From Candidatus Multivorans sp. (lineage in GTDB: Bacteria; Acidobacteriota; Thermoanaerobaculia; Multivoradales; Multivoraceae): a DNA stretch of 64,000 nucleotides. Both the position numbers and the translations under genes were made by a program. Where the stretch lies: the NCBI GenBank assembly GCA_965247095.1, contig OZ251997.1, forward strand, positions 1,696,001 to 1,760,000. Reading direction: 5' to 3'. The notes under the pieces are model-generated. The model saw nothing but the letters and a program-made list of their open reading frames with translations, was not told where the DNA came from and did no database searches. Shown piece after piece: positions 28,076 through 38,203 of the stretch (its first letter is position 1; each line of letters begins with the position of its first letter).

Positions 28076-28231
28076 GTCGGTTTGCCCCGACGTCAGCCCG
28101 CGCTGCGAGTCATCGTAGCGATGGCGGCTCTCCGCGGCCGCCCGGCCAGGAGCCAGGAGATATAGTCCCGGCGCCGCTCCGCAGCCCTCCAGCGCGCTGA
28201 GTCGGCACTTCAACGACTCGCGGAGAACCCC

Positions 28232-28996
28232 GTGCTCGAGATCCAGACGATCCCCGTCCTGAGCGACAACTACTCCTACCTCCTGCACGAGACCGGGAGC
28301 GGCAAGACGGCGGTCGTCGACCCGCCGGAGACCGGGCCGATCGAAGCGGCGCTCGGCGCCAGGGGTCTCGGCATCGACTGGATCGTGATCACCCACCACC
28401 ACATGGACCACATCGCCGCCGTGCCGGCGCTCAAGGCGAAGTACGGCTGCCAGGTGGTCGGCCCCGCCGCCGACGAGCACCGCATTCCGAACCTCGATCT
28501 GACCGTCGTCGAGGGCGACCGCTTCCAGCTCGGCGAGGCCGAAGCGGAGGTCATCGACACGCCCGGCCACACCACCGGGCACATCAGCTACTGGTTCGAG
28601 GACGACCGCGCGCTGTTCTGCGCCGACACTCTGTTCGCGCTCGGCTGCGGCCGGGTGTTCGAGGGCACGATGGAACAGATGTGGTCTTCCCTGGCCAAGC
28701 TGCGCGCCCTGCCCAACGACGCGGTCGTCCACTGCGGCCACGAGTACACGCTCTCCAATGCCCGCTTCGCCGTCACCGTCGACCCCGACAACGAGGAACT
28801 GATCGAGCGGGTCGCGGAGATCGAGCAACTGCGGGCGGAAGGCAAACCCACAGTGCCCTCGAGCCTCGGGGTCGAGAAGCGGACCAACCCCTTCCTGCGT
28901 CCCGACGATCCGGGCATCCGCGCGCTGCTCGGCATGGCCGGCGCCTCCGACGCCGAGGTCTTCGGCGAAATCCGAACCCGCAAGGACAACTCCTGA
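28232..28996 (+). CDS. gloB: Hydroxyacylglutathione hydrolase (glyoxalase II)
   Basis: DNYSYL, THHHMDH, TPGHTTGH, GCGRVFEG, CGHEYT, EKRTNPFLR. Confidence 0.95.
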   Translation: MLEIQTIPVLSDNYSYLLHETGSGKTAVVDPPETGPIEAALGARGLGIDWIVITHHHMDHIAAVPALKAKYGCQVVGPAADEHRIPNLDLTVVEGDRFQLGEAEAEVIDTPGHTTGHISYWFEDDRALFCADTLFALGCGRVFEGTMEQMWSSLAKLRALPNDAVVHCGHEYTLSNARFAVTVDPDNEELIERVAEIEQLRAEGKPTVPSSLGVEKRTNPFLRPDDPGIRALLGMAGASDAEVFGEIRTRKDNS

Positions 28997-29061
28997 CCCG
29001 CGGACCCGGAAGATGGGCCTTAGGAGCGCCACCCGCTTTCATCAAGGTAGGAATCACGCGC

Positions 29062-30075
29062 ATGAACGAACAGGAAGCGGCCTGGCTGGCCCGCACGCAG
29101 GAAGAGCCGATCGACCCGAACCGGGAGATCTGCGATCCCCACCACCACCTCTGGGACCATCCCGAGTCCCGGTACATGCTGGAGGAGTTGCACGGAGACA
29201 CCGGCGCCGGGCACAACGTGACCTCGACCGTGTTCGTGGAGTGCGCCTCCGGCTACCGCGCGGACGGCCCCGAGGAGATGCGGGTAGTCGGCGAGACCGA
29301 GTTCGTGCTCAAGGTCGCCCACGAAGCCGAGGTCACGGGTAGCGACGCTGGCGGCGCCTCCATCGCCGGCATCGTCAGTCACGCCAACCTGCTGCTCGGA
29401 GATCGCGCCAAGGGAGTGCTGGAAGCGCACATCGAGGCCGGCGGCGGACGCTTCCGGGGCATCCGGCACTCCGCCGCCTTCGACCCCAGCCCGGACATCC
29501 GCGTCTCGCACTCGAAGCCGCCCGAAGGCATGCTGCTCCGTTCCGACTTCCGGCGCGGCTTCGCCTGCCTGGGGCCGCTGGAGCTGAGTTTCGACGCCTG
29601 GCTCTACCACCCCCAGATCGACCAGTTGACCGACCTCGCCCACGCCTTCCCGGACACCCGGATCATCCTCGACCACGTCGGCGGTCCGCTCGGGATCGGT
29701 CCTTACCGGGGCCGGCGGCGCGAAGTCGAGGCGGACTGGCGCAAGTCGATCACCGAGCTCGCGCGCTGCGACAACGTGGTGGTCAAGCTCGGCGGGCTGG
29801 CGATGAAGATCTGCGGCTTCGGCTGGCACAAACGGGACGAGCCGCCGTCCTCGGCCGAGACCGCGGAGGCCCACCGCCCCTACTACCTCCACTGCATCGA
29901 CCGCTTCGGCACGGATCGCTGCATGTTCGAGTCGAACTTCCCGGTCGACCGGGCGGGCGGCGCCTACACCCTGCTCTGGAACTCCTTCCAGCGCATCGTG
30001 GCGGACTTCTCCGAGGACGAGAAAACGGCGCTCTTCCGCGACACGGCGCGCCGGGTCTACCGGATCGACCCCTGA
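29062..30075 (+). CDS. Amidohydrolase_2 family protein
   Basis: DPHHHLW, FRGIRH, ILDHVGGP, VKLGGL, MFESNFPVD. Confidence 0.88.
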   Translation: MNEQEAAWLARTQEEPIDPNREICDPHHHLWDHPESRYMLEELHGDTGAGHNVTSTVFVECASGYRADGPEEMRVVGETEFVLKVAHEAEVTGSDAGGASIAGIVSHANLLLGDRAKGVLEAHIEAGGGRFRGIRHSAAFDPSPDIRVSHSKPPEGMLLRSDFRRGFACLGPLELSFDAWLYHPQIDQLTDLAHAFPDTRIILDHVGGPLGIGPYRGRRREVEADWRKSITELARCDNVVVKLGGLAMKICGFGWHKRDEPPSSAETAEAHRPYYLHCIDRFGTDRCMFESNFPVDRAGGAYTLLWNSFQRIVADFSEDEKTALFRDTARRVYRIDP

Positions 30076-30128
30076 ACTTGGCTGCGAGGCTACACAGCAG
30101 AGCCATGCGTCGCTCCGCCTAAGGCCCC

Positions 30129-31178
30129 ATGCCGCGACTCGAGAAGACGCTGGGCGAGGTTCGCGGCCTGATCGCGGAAGACGGCATCGCGTCCGAACTG
30201 CACGGAGACGGCGGGTTCCTGTGCCGCTCGGTCGCCTCACTGGAAAAGGCCGGCCCCGACCAGTTGTCCTTCGCCAAGGACGAGCGGACGCTTGAAGCAA
30301 CCGATACGCGCGCGGGCGCGCTGGTCGTACCGGCCCGCACCAGCCGGCTTGCGGCCCACCAACTCGTGGTCGACGATCCCTTCCTCGCCTTCGTCAGCGT
30401 ACTCCGTCACATCGACCTCGAGCGCCGGCGCGAAGCCGCGGGTGTTCATCCGACCGCCGTCGTCGCCGCAAGCGCCGCCATAGGCGCCGACGTTTCCATT
30501 GGCGCCGGCGTCACGGTGCGCGACGAGGCCGAGATCGGCGACCGGACCGTGCTCCACGCGAACTCCTACGTCGGCCGGCGCAGCCGGATCGCCCCCGATT
30601 GCGTCCTGTTTCCCGGCGTCGTGGTGATGGAGGACGTGACCGTCGGTGCGCGCGTTACCGTCCACGGCGCCGCGGTGATCGGCTGCGACGGCTACGGGTA
30701 TCTGCAGCGCGGCGGCCGCCACGTCAAGATTCCCCAGGTCGGCACCGTCGAGATCGGCGACGATGTCGAGATCGGCGCCCAGGTCACGATCGACCGCGCC
30801 GCACTCGACGCCACGGTGATCGGCCGCGGCTGCAAGATCGGTGACCTTGTTCACATCGCCCACAACGTGACGATCGGCGAGCACAGCCTGGTCGTGCCAA
30901 CGGTCAGGATCGCCGGCAGGGCCACGATCGGCAGCGGCGTCGTGCTCGCCGGCGGCGCCGGCGTCGCGGACGGCGTTGTGGTCGGCGACGGCGCGGTGCT
31001 CAGCGGCACCACGGTGGCCTACCGCGACGTGCCGGCCGGCGCCGTGCTCTACGGCAATCCAGCGCGGCCGAAGTCCCACCAGTTGCGCATCGAGGCGGTC
31101 CTCAACCGCCTGCCCCAGATGGAGCGCGACCTGCGCGCGCTGCTACGGCGAATGGAACGTCAAGGCGAGACGGACTGA
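30129..31178 (+). CDS. lpxD: UDP-3-O-acylglucosamine N-acyltransferase
   Basis: Hexapeptide repeats, IGCDGYGY, KIPQVGTVEIGDDVEIGA, TIDRAA, VHIAHNV. Confidence 0.88.
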   Translation: MPRLEKTLGEVRGLIAEDGIASELHGDGGFLCRSVASLEKAGPDQLSFAKDERTLEATDTRAGALVVPARTSRLAAHQLVVDDPFLAFVSVLRHIDLERRREAAGVHPTAVVAASAAIGADVSIGAGVTVRDEAEIGDRTVLHANSYVGRRSRIAPDCVLFPGVVVMEDVTVGARVTVHGAAVIGCDGYGYLQRGGRHVKIPQVGTVEIGDDVEIGAQVTIDRAALDATVIGRGCKIGDLVHIAHNVTIGEHSLVVPTVRIAGRATIGSGVVLAGGAGVADGVVVGDGAVLSGTTVAYRDVPAGAVLYGNPARPKSHQLRIEAVLNRLPQMERDLRALLRRMERQGETD

Positions 31179-31188
31179 GGAGTGCGGA

Positions 31189-31380
31189 GTGAGCTGGAAG
31201 CCCGAGATCGACGAACTGGAGCGTCTCAACCGCGTCCGCTCGCCGTTCCGCTCGGCCGAGTACTTCGAGATCGAGGAGATCATCGACCCGCGCGAGACCC
31301 GCTCCATCCTCTGCCGCTGGGCCAGACTGGCCGCCGGGGCGCTGACTGTGGGCCCCCAGGCGTTCACCTACCGACCCTGA
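31189..31380 (+). pseudogene. Internally deleted acyl-CoA carboxylase carboxyltransferase (N- and C-termini fused in frame, 63 aa)
   Basis: RBS gaggag + VSWKPEIDELER joined to RLNRVRSPFRSAE.FEIEEIIDPRETR. Confidence 0.65.
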
Positions 31381-31418
31381 GTCCTCGCTGCGCTGACGCC
31401 CCCCGCCGGCAGCCGCCA

Positions 31419-31449
31419 CTGGGCGCGCCGGCGTCCCCGCCGGCATCCG
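31419..31449. repeat. REP-like palindromic repeat, variant in opposite orientation
   Basis: ctgggcgcGCCGGCGtcccCGCCGGCatccg; reverse complement matches the cggat-stem-loop-ccag consensus. Confidence 0.6.
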
Positions 31450-31495
31450 ACCGTCTCCAACTAGACTAGGACACCCTGCCCCGGGGCGACTCACC

Positions 31496-34156
31496 GTGCG
31501 CAGCAACGTCATCACCAAAGCCTTCCTGATCGCCACCGCCCTGGCCCTTCTGGCCGCGGGCGCGGCAACGGCGGCCAAGAAGCGCCCCCCCTGCAACGAC
31601 GGCAGCCAGCCCGATCCGAACACCCTGCCGGCCCACCACCGGCAGTGGACCGAGGAGGTCGCCCTCCTGCTCACCGACGACGAGCTGCAGTCGTTCCGCT
31701 GCCTGTCCCAGGACTATCAACGGGACGCCTTCATCACCGAGTTCTGGAAAGCGCGCGACCCCTACCCCGAGACCGCCCGCAACGAGTTCAGGGAGCACTG
31801 GAGCGAGAGGCTCTCCATGATCCGCCAGTTGTTCGACAGCACGGACGACGAGCGGGCCCGCTACTACCTGCTCAACGGACCGCCCGACATCCACGTCGAC
31901 ATCTGTCCCCAACGCTCCGCCACCAAGATCGAGGCTTGGTTCTACGGCTTCCAGGACATGAGCGAGGTGCTCGGCGCGATCTACGCTCGCCGGCTCCGAC
32001 AGGACCAGTACGCGGTCATCTTCTACCGGCGCCTGGGCGTCGGCGCCTGGCGGGCCTGGCTGCCAAGCGATAATCTCGGTATCCAGTTGCAACCCGGCGG
32101 CCAGCGGACCAGCCTGCCCGGCGCTGGAATCGGCGGGCTCGGCAGAGAGGACCTCGGCGCCGGGTGCAAGGAAGAGGAACTCGGGTACGCCCTCGGCATC
32201 ATCAAGATCCTGAATGACTGGGGCGGCATGCTCGGCTTCTTCTACGAGCGAATGATCGGCGAGAAGCTGGAGCCGATCGAGGCGCCCTCGAACGAGTGGC
32301 TGCGCACCTTCGAGTCCTACTCCACCGACCTCCCCTCCAGCGCGCCGCAGCTCGAAGCCTCGCTCGATGTGACCTTCCCGGGCCGCAAGGAGAGCCGCAC
32401 CGTGGTCCAGACCCTGGTCCAGGTCGAGGCGGCAAGCGCAACACTCGCCGACCTGGCCGGCGCCCGGTCCTATGGCTTCGAACTGATCGGCGAGATCCTG
32501 CGCGCGGATGCGGACACCGGTGCCGACCGCCTGTTCGAGAGCTTCCGCTACCGGTTCGAGTTTCCCGTCGAGGAGGCCGATGGCGCGGGCGGCGACGGCG
32601 GGCTGCCGGCCATGCCCCTGGTCGCCCAGCGGTACCTGCGACCCGGAGACTTCAAGCTGATCCTGCGCGTCGACGATCTGAACGGGGACGCCGTGTGGCG
32701 CCACGCCCAGCCGCTCGAGGTGCCCCGGGTCGAAAAGGCCGCCGGGTGGACGGAAGCCGACCTGGAACCGATCTTCGCCGAAGCGAACCGTTCTCTCGCG
32801 AGCGGCGAACCGTCGATCCGGATCATCTCGCCCGGAGGCGACCTCGTCTCCGGCTATCTCCGCTTCGACACCGCGGTCACGGGACCGGTCGACAAGGTGC
32901 GGTTCACCCTGGACGACAAGGACCTGTTCATCACCAAGCGGGCGCCCTACAGCGTCGACGTGCGGTTGGGCGAACTGCCCCGCAGCCAGATGCTGCGCGC
33001 CATCGCCTACGACGCCGCGGCCAACCAGATCGCGAGCGACTCGTACCTGATCAACGGCTCCCCCCACCGCTTCGATGTCCGCATCATCGAGCCGATCCCC
33101 GGCAACCGCTACAACGACAGCATCCGCCTGCGCGCTCAGGTCACGGTGCCCGAAGGACGCGGCCTCGAAGAGCTCCAGGTCTTCCGCAACGACGACCAGG
33201 TGGCGACGCTCTACGAAGAGCCCTTCACCGTCCCGATCGAGCTGCCCGACGGGCCGGCGCTGACCATCGTCCGGATCGTCGGCAAGCTGGCGGGCGCCGA
33301 GGGGCCCGCCGCCTTCGTCGAGGACACCGCGATCATCAACGGACCGGCCACCCTCGAAGAACTCCAGGTCGACTTCGTGGAGCTCTACACGACCGTCGAC
33401 GACCGCGAGCGCCGTCCCTTGCTCGACCTCGGGGAGGACGCATTCCAGGTGCTCGAGGACGGCGTGGCGCAGGAGATCGTCCGCTTCGAACGGGTCGACG
33501 ACACGCCGCTCATCGGCACCATCCTGCTCGACGTGTCGGCGTCGATGGAGGAACGCCTGCGGCAGTCCGTCCAGGCCGCCGCCGACTTCTTCCAGCAGGT
33601 AATCACCGAGCGCGACGAACTCTCGATCATCACGTTCAACGACCGTCCCCACCTGGCGGCGCCCTTCACCCGCGACCGGATCGAGTTCGCCAAGGGCCTG
33701 ATGGGCCTGCGCGCCGAGCGCGGCACGGCGCTCTACGACAGCCTCATCTTCACCCTGTACCACCTGAACGGGCTGCCCGGACAGCGCGCGGTGCTACTGC
33801 TCTCCGACGGCGTCGACGAGCACAGCCGCTACGACCTCGACGACGCCCTCGAGTACGCCCGCCGGTCGGAGGCCGCGATCTACGCGATCGGCCTGGCGCT
33901 GCCGCGCAAGGCGAAGGAAAACCCGAGAAGGGTGCTCGAAAAGTTGGCGACCGAGACCGGCGGCCGCGCCTTCTTCGTCGACGACACGAACCAGCTCGGC
34001 GCCGTCTACGACCAGATCGCGCTCGAACTGCGCTCGAAGTACTTCCTCGCCTACCAGTCCTCAAGTACGCAGCCGAGCGACGAGTTCCGCCGGGTCGAGG
34101 TCGTGGTCGACGCCAAGGGCGCGAAGGCGCGGACGATCCGCGGCTACTACCCGTAG
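31496..34156 (+). CDS. Secreted GWxTD-like + Ig-like + VWA domain protein (Acidobacterial type)
   Basis: FITEFWKARDPYPET.RNEF, RARYYLLNGPPD; C-terminal LLDVSASM MIDAS, TALYD, LLSDGVD, TGGRAFF, LRSKYFLAYQS, RGYYP. Confidence 0.85.
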   Translation: MRSNVITKAFLIATALALLAAGAATAAKKRPPCNDGSQPDPNTLPAHHRQWTEEVALLLTDDELQSFRCLSQDYQRDAFITEFWKARDPYPETARNEFREHWSERLSMIRQLFDSTDDERARYYLLNGPPDIHVDICPQRSATKIEAWFYGFQDMSEVLGAIYARRLRQDQYAVIFYRRLGVGAWRAWLPSDNLGIQLQPGGQRTSLPGAGIGGLGREDLGAGCKEEELGYALGIIKILNDWGGMLGFFYERMIGEKLEPIEAPSNEWLRTFESYSTDLPSSAPQLEASLDVTFPGRKESRTVVQTLVQVEAASATLADLAGARSYGFELIGEILRADADTGADRLFESFRYRFEFPVEEADGAGGDGGLPAMPLVAQRYLRPGDFKLILRVDDLNGDAVWRHAQPLEVPRVEKAAGWTEADLEPIFAEANRSLASGEPSIRIISPGGDLVSGYLRFDTAVTGPVDKVRFTLDDKDLFITKRAPYSVDVRLGELPRSQMLRAIAYDAAANQIASDSYLINGSPHRFDVRIIEPIPGNRYNDSIRLRAQVTVPEGRGLEELQVFRNDDQVATLYEEPFTVPIELPDGPALTIVRIVGKLAGAEGPAAFVEDTAIINGPATLEELQVDFVELYTTVDDRERRPLLDLGEDAFQVLEDGVAQEIVRFERVDDTPLIGTILLDVSASMEERLRQSVQAAADFFQQVITERDELSIITFNDRPHLAAPFTRDRIEFAKGLMGLRAERGTALYDSLIFTLYHLNGLPGQRAVLLLSDGVDEHSRYDLDDALEYARRSEAAIYAIGLALPRKAKENPRRVLEKLATETGGRAFFVDDTNQLGAVYDQIALELRSKYFLAYQSSSTQPSDEFRRVEVVVDAKGAKARTIRGYYP

Positions 34157-34187
34157 AGCCGGCGGCCTGGCGACTCGCAGGCAGGTC

Positions 34188-34781
34188 ATGACCCGGACCC
34201 GCTGCAACTGGGTAAACGACGATGCGCTCTACGTCGCCTACCACGACGAGGAATGGGGGGTGCCGGTCCGCAACGACCGCCGGCTCTACGAAATGCTGGT
34301 GCTCGAGGGCGCCCAGGCCGGTCTGAGCTGGTACACGATTCTGAGGAAGCGCGAGGGGTACCGGCGCGCGTTCCACGGGTTCGATCCGGAACGGATCGCG
34401 CGCTATGACGAGAAGAAGGTCGCGTCGCTCCTCGAAGACCCAGGGATCGTCCGCAATCGCCTCAAGGTGCGTGCCGCGATTGGCAACGCCCGCGCGTGGT
34501 TGGAACTGCGCGAGTCGGACATGGGGTTCTCGGACTTCCTGTGGGAGTTCAGCGGCGGCGCGCCCGTGGTCAACGCCTGGCGACGGCTCGAAGATGTCCC
34601 CGCCCAAACACCCGCTTCCGAGGCGATGAGCAAAGCGCTCAAGAAGCGCGGATTCCGCTTCGTCGGCCCCACGATCTGCTACGCCTTCATGCAGGCCGTG
34701 GGGATGGTGAACGATCACACAACGTCGTGCTTTCGCTGGCAGGAATGCAAGGACCTGGCAGCAGTGGAGGACACGCACTGA
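34188..34781 (+). CDS. tag: DNA-3-methyladenine glycosylase I
   Basis: RCNW, YHDEEWGVP, LEGAQAGLSW, GFRFVGPTICYAFMQAVGMVNDH..C. Confidence 0.95.
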   Translation: MTRTRCNWVNDDALYVAYHDEEWGVPVRNDRRLYEMLVLEGAQAGLSWYTILRKREGYRRAFHGFDPERIARYDEKKVASLLEDPGIVRNRLKVRAAIGNARAWLELRESDMGFSDFLWEFSGGAPVVNAWRRLEDVPAQTPASEAMSKALKKRGFRFVGPTICYAFMQAVGMVNDHTTSCFRWQECKDLAAVEDTH

Positions 34782-36022
34782 AGCTGCCAACAGGCTTGGC
34801 ATTCGCCCTTTCCGCGGTAGCGGCCGCGCACGCCGGCGACTGGCCCCAGTTCCGGGGGCCGACCGGGCAGGGACACGCTCCCGGCGAGGCGGTTCCCCTG
34901 ACCTGGAGCGAGACGGAGAACGTCGCCTGGAAGACACCGGTTCCCGGGCGCGGCTGGTCCTCTCCCGTGATCGCCGATGGCCTGGTCTGGCTGACCACCG
35001 CGGTCACCGACCGCGACGCCGGCACGACTTCGCTTCGGCTGCTGGCCTACGACGTGAGCAGCGGCGATGCCGCGATGGATGTCGAGGTCTTCGGTGTCGA
35101 CGCCACCACGCTCCTGAACCAGAAGAACAGCTTCGCCTCGCCGACGCCGGTGATCGATGCGGACGGTGAGCGGATCTACGTCCACTTCGGCACCCGGGGC
35201 ACGGCGGCGGTCGCCGCCGGCGGCGAGGCGCCGGGCGAGGTCCTGTGGCGGACCCGCTTCCCCTACACCTCGCAGCACGGCAACGGCGGCTCGCCGATCC
35301 TGCACGGGGATTTGCTCATCGTGAGCATCGACGGCTACGACACCGCCTTCCTGGTCGCCGTAGACGCACAGAGCGGCGAAGAGCGCTGGCGCTCGGTGCG
35401 GCCTTCGCCGATCTCCCAGGCCTACTCGACGCCGCTCGCCATCCGGGTCGGCGACAGCCAGCAGATCGTGAACGTGAGCGCGTTTCGGGCCACCGCGCAC
35501 GAGCCGGCGACCGGCCGCGAGATCTGGCGGGTCGAGTATCCGGGCGGCTTCTCCAATGTCCCTCGGCCGGTCCATGGCCACGGGCTGGTCTATCTCTCGA
35601 CCGGCTTCAATGAGCCGATCCTGCTCGCCGTCAGCCCAGACGGCACAGGCAACGTCACGGACAGCCACGTCGCCTGGCGGCGCCGGCGCGGCGCCCCGCT
35701 CACGGTCTCGCCGATCCTGGTCGGGGACGAGCTGTACACCGTGACCGACTCCGGCATCGCGACCTGCATCGATGCCCTGTCCGGCCAGATCCACTGGCAG
35801 CAGCGCCTCGGTGGCAACCACTCCGCCTCGCCGGTCTTCGCCGGAGGACGGATCTACTCCCAGAACGAAGAAGGGGTGACGACCGTGATCGCGCCCGGCC
35901 CTAAGTTCGAGCAGTTGGCGCGCAACGAACTCGACGGCTCGACCCTCGCCTCGATCGCCGTCTCTGACGGCGCCCTGTTCATCCGCACCGGTACGCACCT
36001 GTACCGGATCGAGGAACAGTGA
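34778..36022 (+). CDS. PQQ-like beta-propeller repeat protein (BamB-like), secreted
   Basis: Signal peptide then DWPQFRGP, WKTPVPGRGWSSP, ASPTP, YSTP; likely CTG start with RBS ggagg. Confidence 0.8.
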   Translation: MKLPTGLAFALSAVAAAHAGDWPQFRGPTGQGHAPGEAVPLTWSETENVAWKTPVPGRGWSSPVIADGLVWLTTAVTDRDAGTTSLRLLAYDVSSGDAAMDVEVFGVDATTLLNQKNSFASPTPVIDADGERIYVHFGTRGTAAVAAGGEAPGEVLWRTRFPYTSQHGNGGSPILHGDLLIVSIDGYDTAFLVAVDAQSGEERWRSVRPSPISQAYSTPLAIRVGDSQQIVNVSAFRATAHEPATGREIWRVEYPGGFSNVPRPVHGHGLVYLSTGFNEPILLAVSPDGTGNVTDSHVAWRRRRGAPLTVSPILVGDELYTVTDSGIATCIDALSGQIHWQQRLGGNHSASPVFAGGRIYSQNEEGVTTVIAPGPKFEQLARNELDGSTLASIAVSDGALFIRTGTHLYRIEEQ

Positions 36023-36055
36023 TCGAGGTCAGGGCGCTGCTGTATACTGCGCTGT

Positions 36056-36301
36056 ATGTCCGCAACACGCACCCAGATCTACCTGCAACCGCTCCAGCGC
36101 CAGAGACTGGACGAGATCGCCGGCTCGCGAGGATTGAGTCTCGCGTCGATCGTCCGCGAGGCCGTCGACCTCTACCTTGCCAAGGCTCCAGTCGACCCGA
36201 CGACGGCGCTCAGGAACACCTTCGGCGCCGCCCCTGACGCTGCGGCGCCGAGCCGTGAGGAATGGGAGACGCGATTCGAGAGACTGAACCTCACCGAGTG
36301 A
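36056..36301 (+). CDS. vapB: Ribbon-helix-helix (CopG-type) antitoxin
   Basis: TRTQIYL...LDEIA..GLSLASIVREAVDLYL; upstream of PIN toxin; TATACT 7 nt before ATG. Confidence 0.8.
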   Translation: MSATRTQIYLQPLQRQRLDEIAGSRGLSLASIVREAVDLYLAKAPVDPTTALRNTFGAAPDAAAPSREEWETRFERLNLTE

Positions 36302-36305
36302 TCCG

Positions 36306-36665
36306 GTGGCTGACTTTCTCATCGATACGGACGTCTTCATCGACCATCTGCGTGGCTTCCGGGAACTGACGCCAGGCCGGGACAGGCTCCACTACTCGGT
36401 CATCACTCGCTGCGAGTTGCTCTCGGGAACCGACGGCTCGGCCCTCGTTCATCAACTCCTCAGCCCATTCCGGGAGGTGGAGGTTGACCGCAATGTGGCC
36501 GAGCGGGCCGGCCGGATCCGCCGCGAAACCCGCATCGCGATACCCGACGCCCTGATCGCGGCCACTGCGATCGGGCACAGACTGACGCTCATGACCCGCA
36601 ACCGCAAGCACTTCGAATCCGTTCGGCAGTTGCGGATCCGACCTCCGAAAGGGGAACCCTCGTAG
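36306..36665 (+). CDS. vapC: PIN-domain toxin
   Basis: LIDTDVFID, TRCEL, PDALIAATA, TRNRKHF. Confidence 0.88.
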   Translation: MADFLIDTDVFIDHLRGFRELTPGRDRLHYSVITRCELLSGTDGSALVHQLLSPFREVEVDRNVAERAGRIRRETRIAIPDALIAATAIGHRLTLMTRNRKHFESVRQLRIRPPKGEPS

Positions 36666-36667
36666 CC

Positions 36668-38122
36668 ATGGTCAACTCATTCGGGACTGTCGCAAGGGCC
36701 GCCAGTGCGGCCCTGATCGCGCTTCTGATCGCACCGGCGTGGTCGAAAACCCAGACCGCCGACGCCGCCGGCCATTGGGAGGGCTCGATCGAGATCCCCG
36801 GCCAGCCACTCGTTGTCCAGGTCGACCTGGAAGAGAGCGGCGGCATGTGGTCGGGAACGATCGACATTCCCGCCCAGGGGGCCGACGATCTTCCGCTCTT
36901 CGACGTTTCGGTCGACGGCGAGGCGGTTCGCTTCGCGATCAGCGGCGTCCCCGGCGAACCGACTTTCGAGGGCATGCTGACCGGCGCCGAGATCTCGGGC
37001 GAGTTCCGTCAGGGCCCGGCCCGACTCCCGTTCAAGCTCGGCCGCGAGGCGGTGGAAGTCGAAGCGCCGCCAAGACCCCAGGAGCCGAAGCCGCCCTTCC
37101 CCTACGACGCTGAGGAAGTCGAATACGAGAACGAGGACGTGACGATCGCCGGCACCCTGACCCTGCCGCCCGGCGGGGGGAAGGTCCCCGCCGCGCTGTT
37201 GATCTCGGGCAGCGGTGCGCTGAACCGCGATCTCGAACTCTTCGGCCACAAGAGCTTCCTGGTGCTCGCCGACCACCTGACGCGGCTCGGCATCGCGGTG
37301 CTGCGGGTCGACGACCGGGGCGTCGGGGGTTCGAGCGGCAGCACCTCGCAATCGACATCGAGGGACAAGGCGGCCGACGTCCTGGCCGGCGTCCGCTTCC
37401 TGCGCGGCCACGGCCGCATCGATCCGGAGCGCGTGGGCCTCATCGGCATCTCCGAGGGGGGCCTGGTCGCGCCGCTGGCGCTCAACCGCGTCGAGCCCGG
37501 CACCATCGCGTTCACCGTTCTGCTGGCCGGCCCGGGCGTTCCCGGCGGCGACCTGCTGAGGCAGCAACTCCGGCGAATCGCGGCCGCGAACGGCGCCACG
37601 GCGGAGATGATCGAGGAACTCGCCGCCCTGCAGGGCCGGGCGCTCCAGATCATCGGCTCTGGAATGCCCCCCGCGGAGGCCGAGGCGGCGCTGCGAGAGG
37701 TCGTCGCCGAGCAGTTGGCCGCTTCGCCCGAGACGGCGCAACTGAGCGGTGACGCTTTGGAATCCGCCGTGTCCGCGGCGGTCGAGTCCAACCTCACTCC
37801 CTGGTTCCGGTTCTTCATCCGCTACGACCCGGGGCCCGCTCTCGGCGGCCTCGCCGTGCCCACGCTGGCGTTGTTCGGCGGCAAGGACACGCAGGTGGAC
37901 GCCGACCAGAACCAGACCGCCATGGAGGCGGCGTTCGCCGCCTCCGCGAACAGGGACATCGCGGTGCGCCGCTTCCCCGGCCTGAACCACCTGTTCCAGA
38001 CCGCCGGCACCGGCTCGCCCGCCGAGTACGGGACAATCGAGGAGACGATGGCGCCCGAAGCGCTCGAGACGATCAGCGGCTGGATTCTGGAGCGCTTCGG
38101 CGACCAGGAGCCTGCGCCGTAG
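36668..38122 (+). CDS. Secreted alpha/beta hydrolase (S33/S15-like)
   Basis: RPQEP..PFPY, ISGSG, DDRGVGGS, GISEGG nucleophile, KDTQV, LNHLFQ. Confidence 0.85.
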   Translation: MVNSFGTVARAASAALIALLIAPAWSKTQTADAAGHWEGSIEIPGQPLVVQVDLEESGGMWSGTIDIPAQGADDLPLFDVSVDGEAVRFAISGVPGEPTFEGMLTGAEISGEFRQGPARLPFKLGREAVEVEAPPRPQEPKPPFPYDAEEVEYENEDVTIAGTLTLPPGGGKVPAALLISGSGALNRDLELFGHKSFLVLADHLTRLGIAVLRVDDRGVGGSSGSTSQSTSRDKAADVLAGVRFLRGHGRIDPERVGLIGISEGGLVAPLALNRVEPGTIAFTVLLAGPGVPGGDLLRQQLRRIAAANGATAEMIEELAALQGRALQIIGSGMPPAEAEAALREVVAEQLAASPETAQLSGDALESAVSAAVESNLTPWFRFFIRYDPGPALGGLAVPTLALFGGKDTQVDADQNQTAMEAAFAASANRDIAVRRFPGLNHLFQTAGTGSPAEYGTIEETMAPEALETISGWILERFGDQEPAP

Positions 38123-38203
38123 AACGCAGCGAAGAAAGTAGACTCCCCGCCCGTCGGCCAGGCGCTCCGCGGCCCACGAACGACGACGAGAGATAGGCGC
38201 CCA

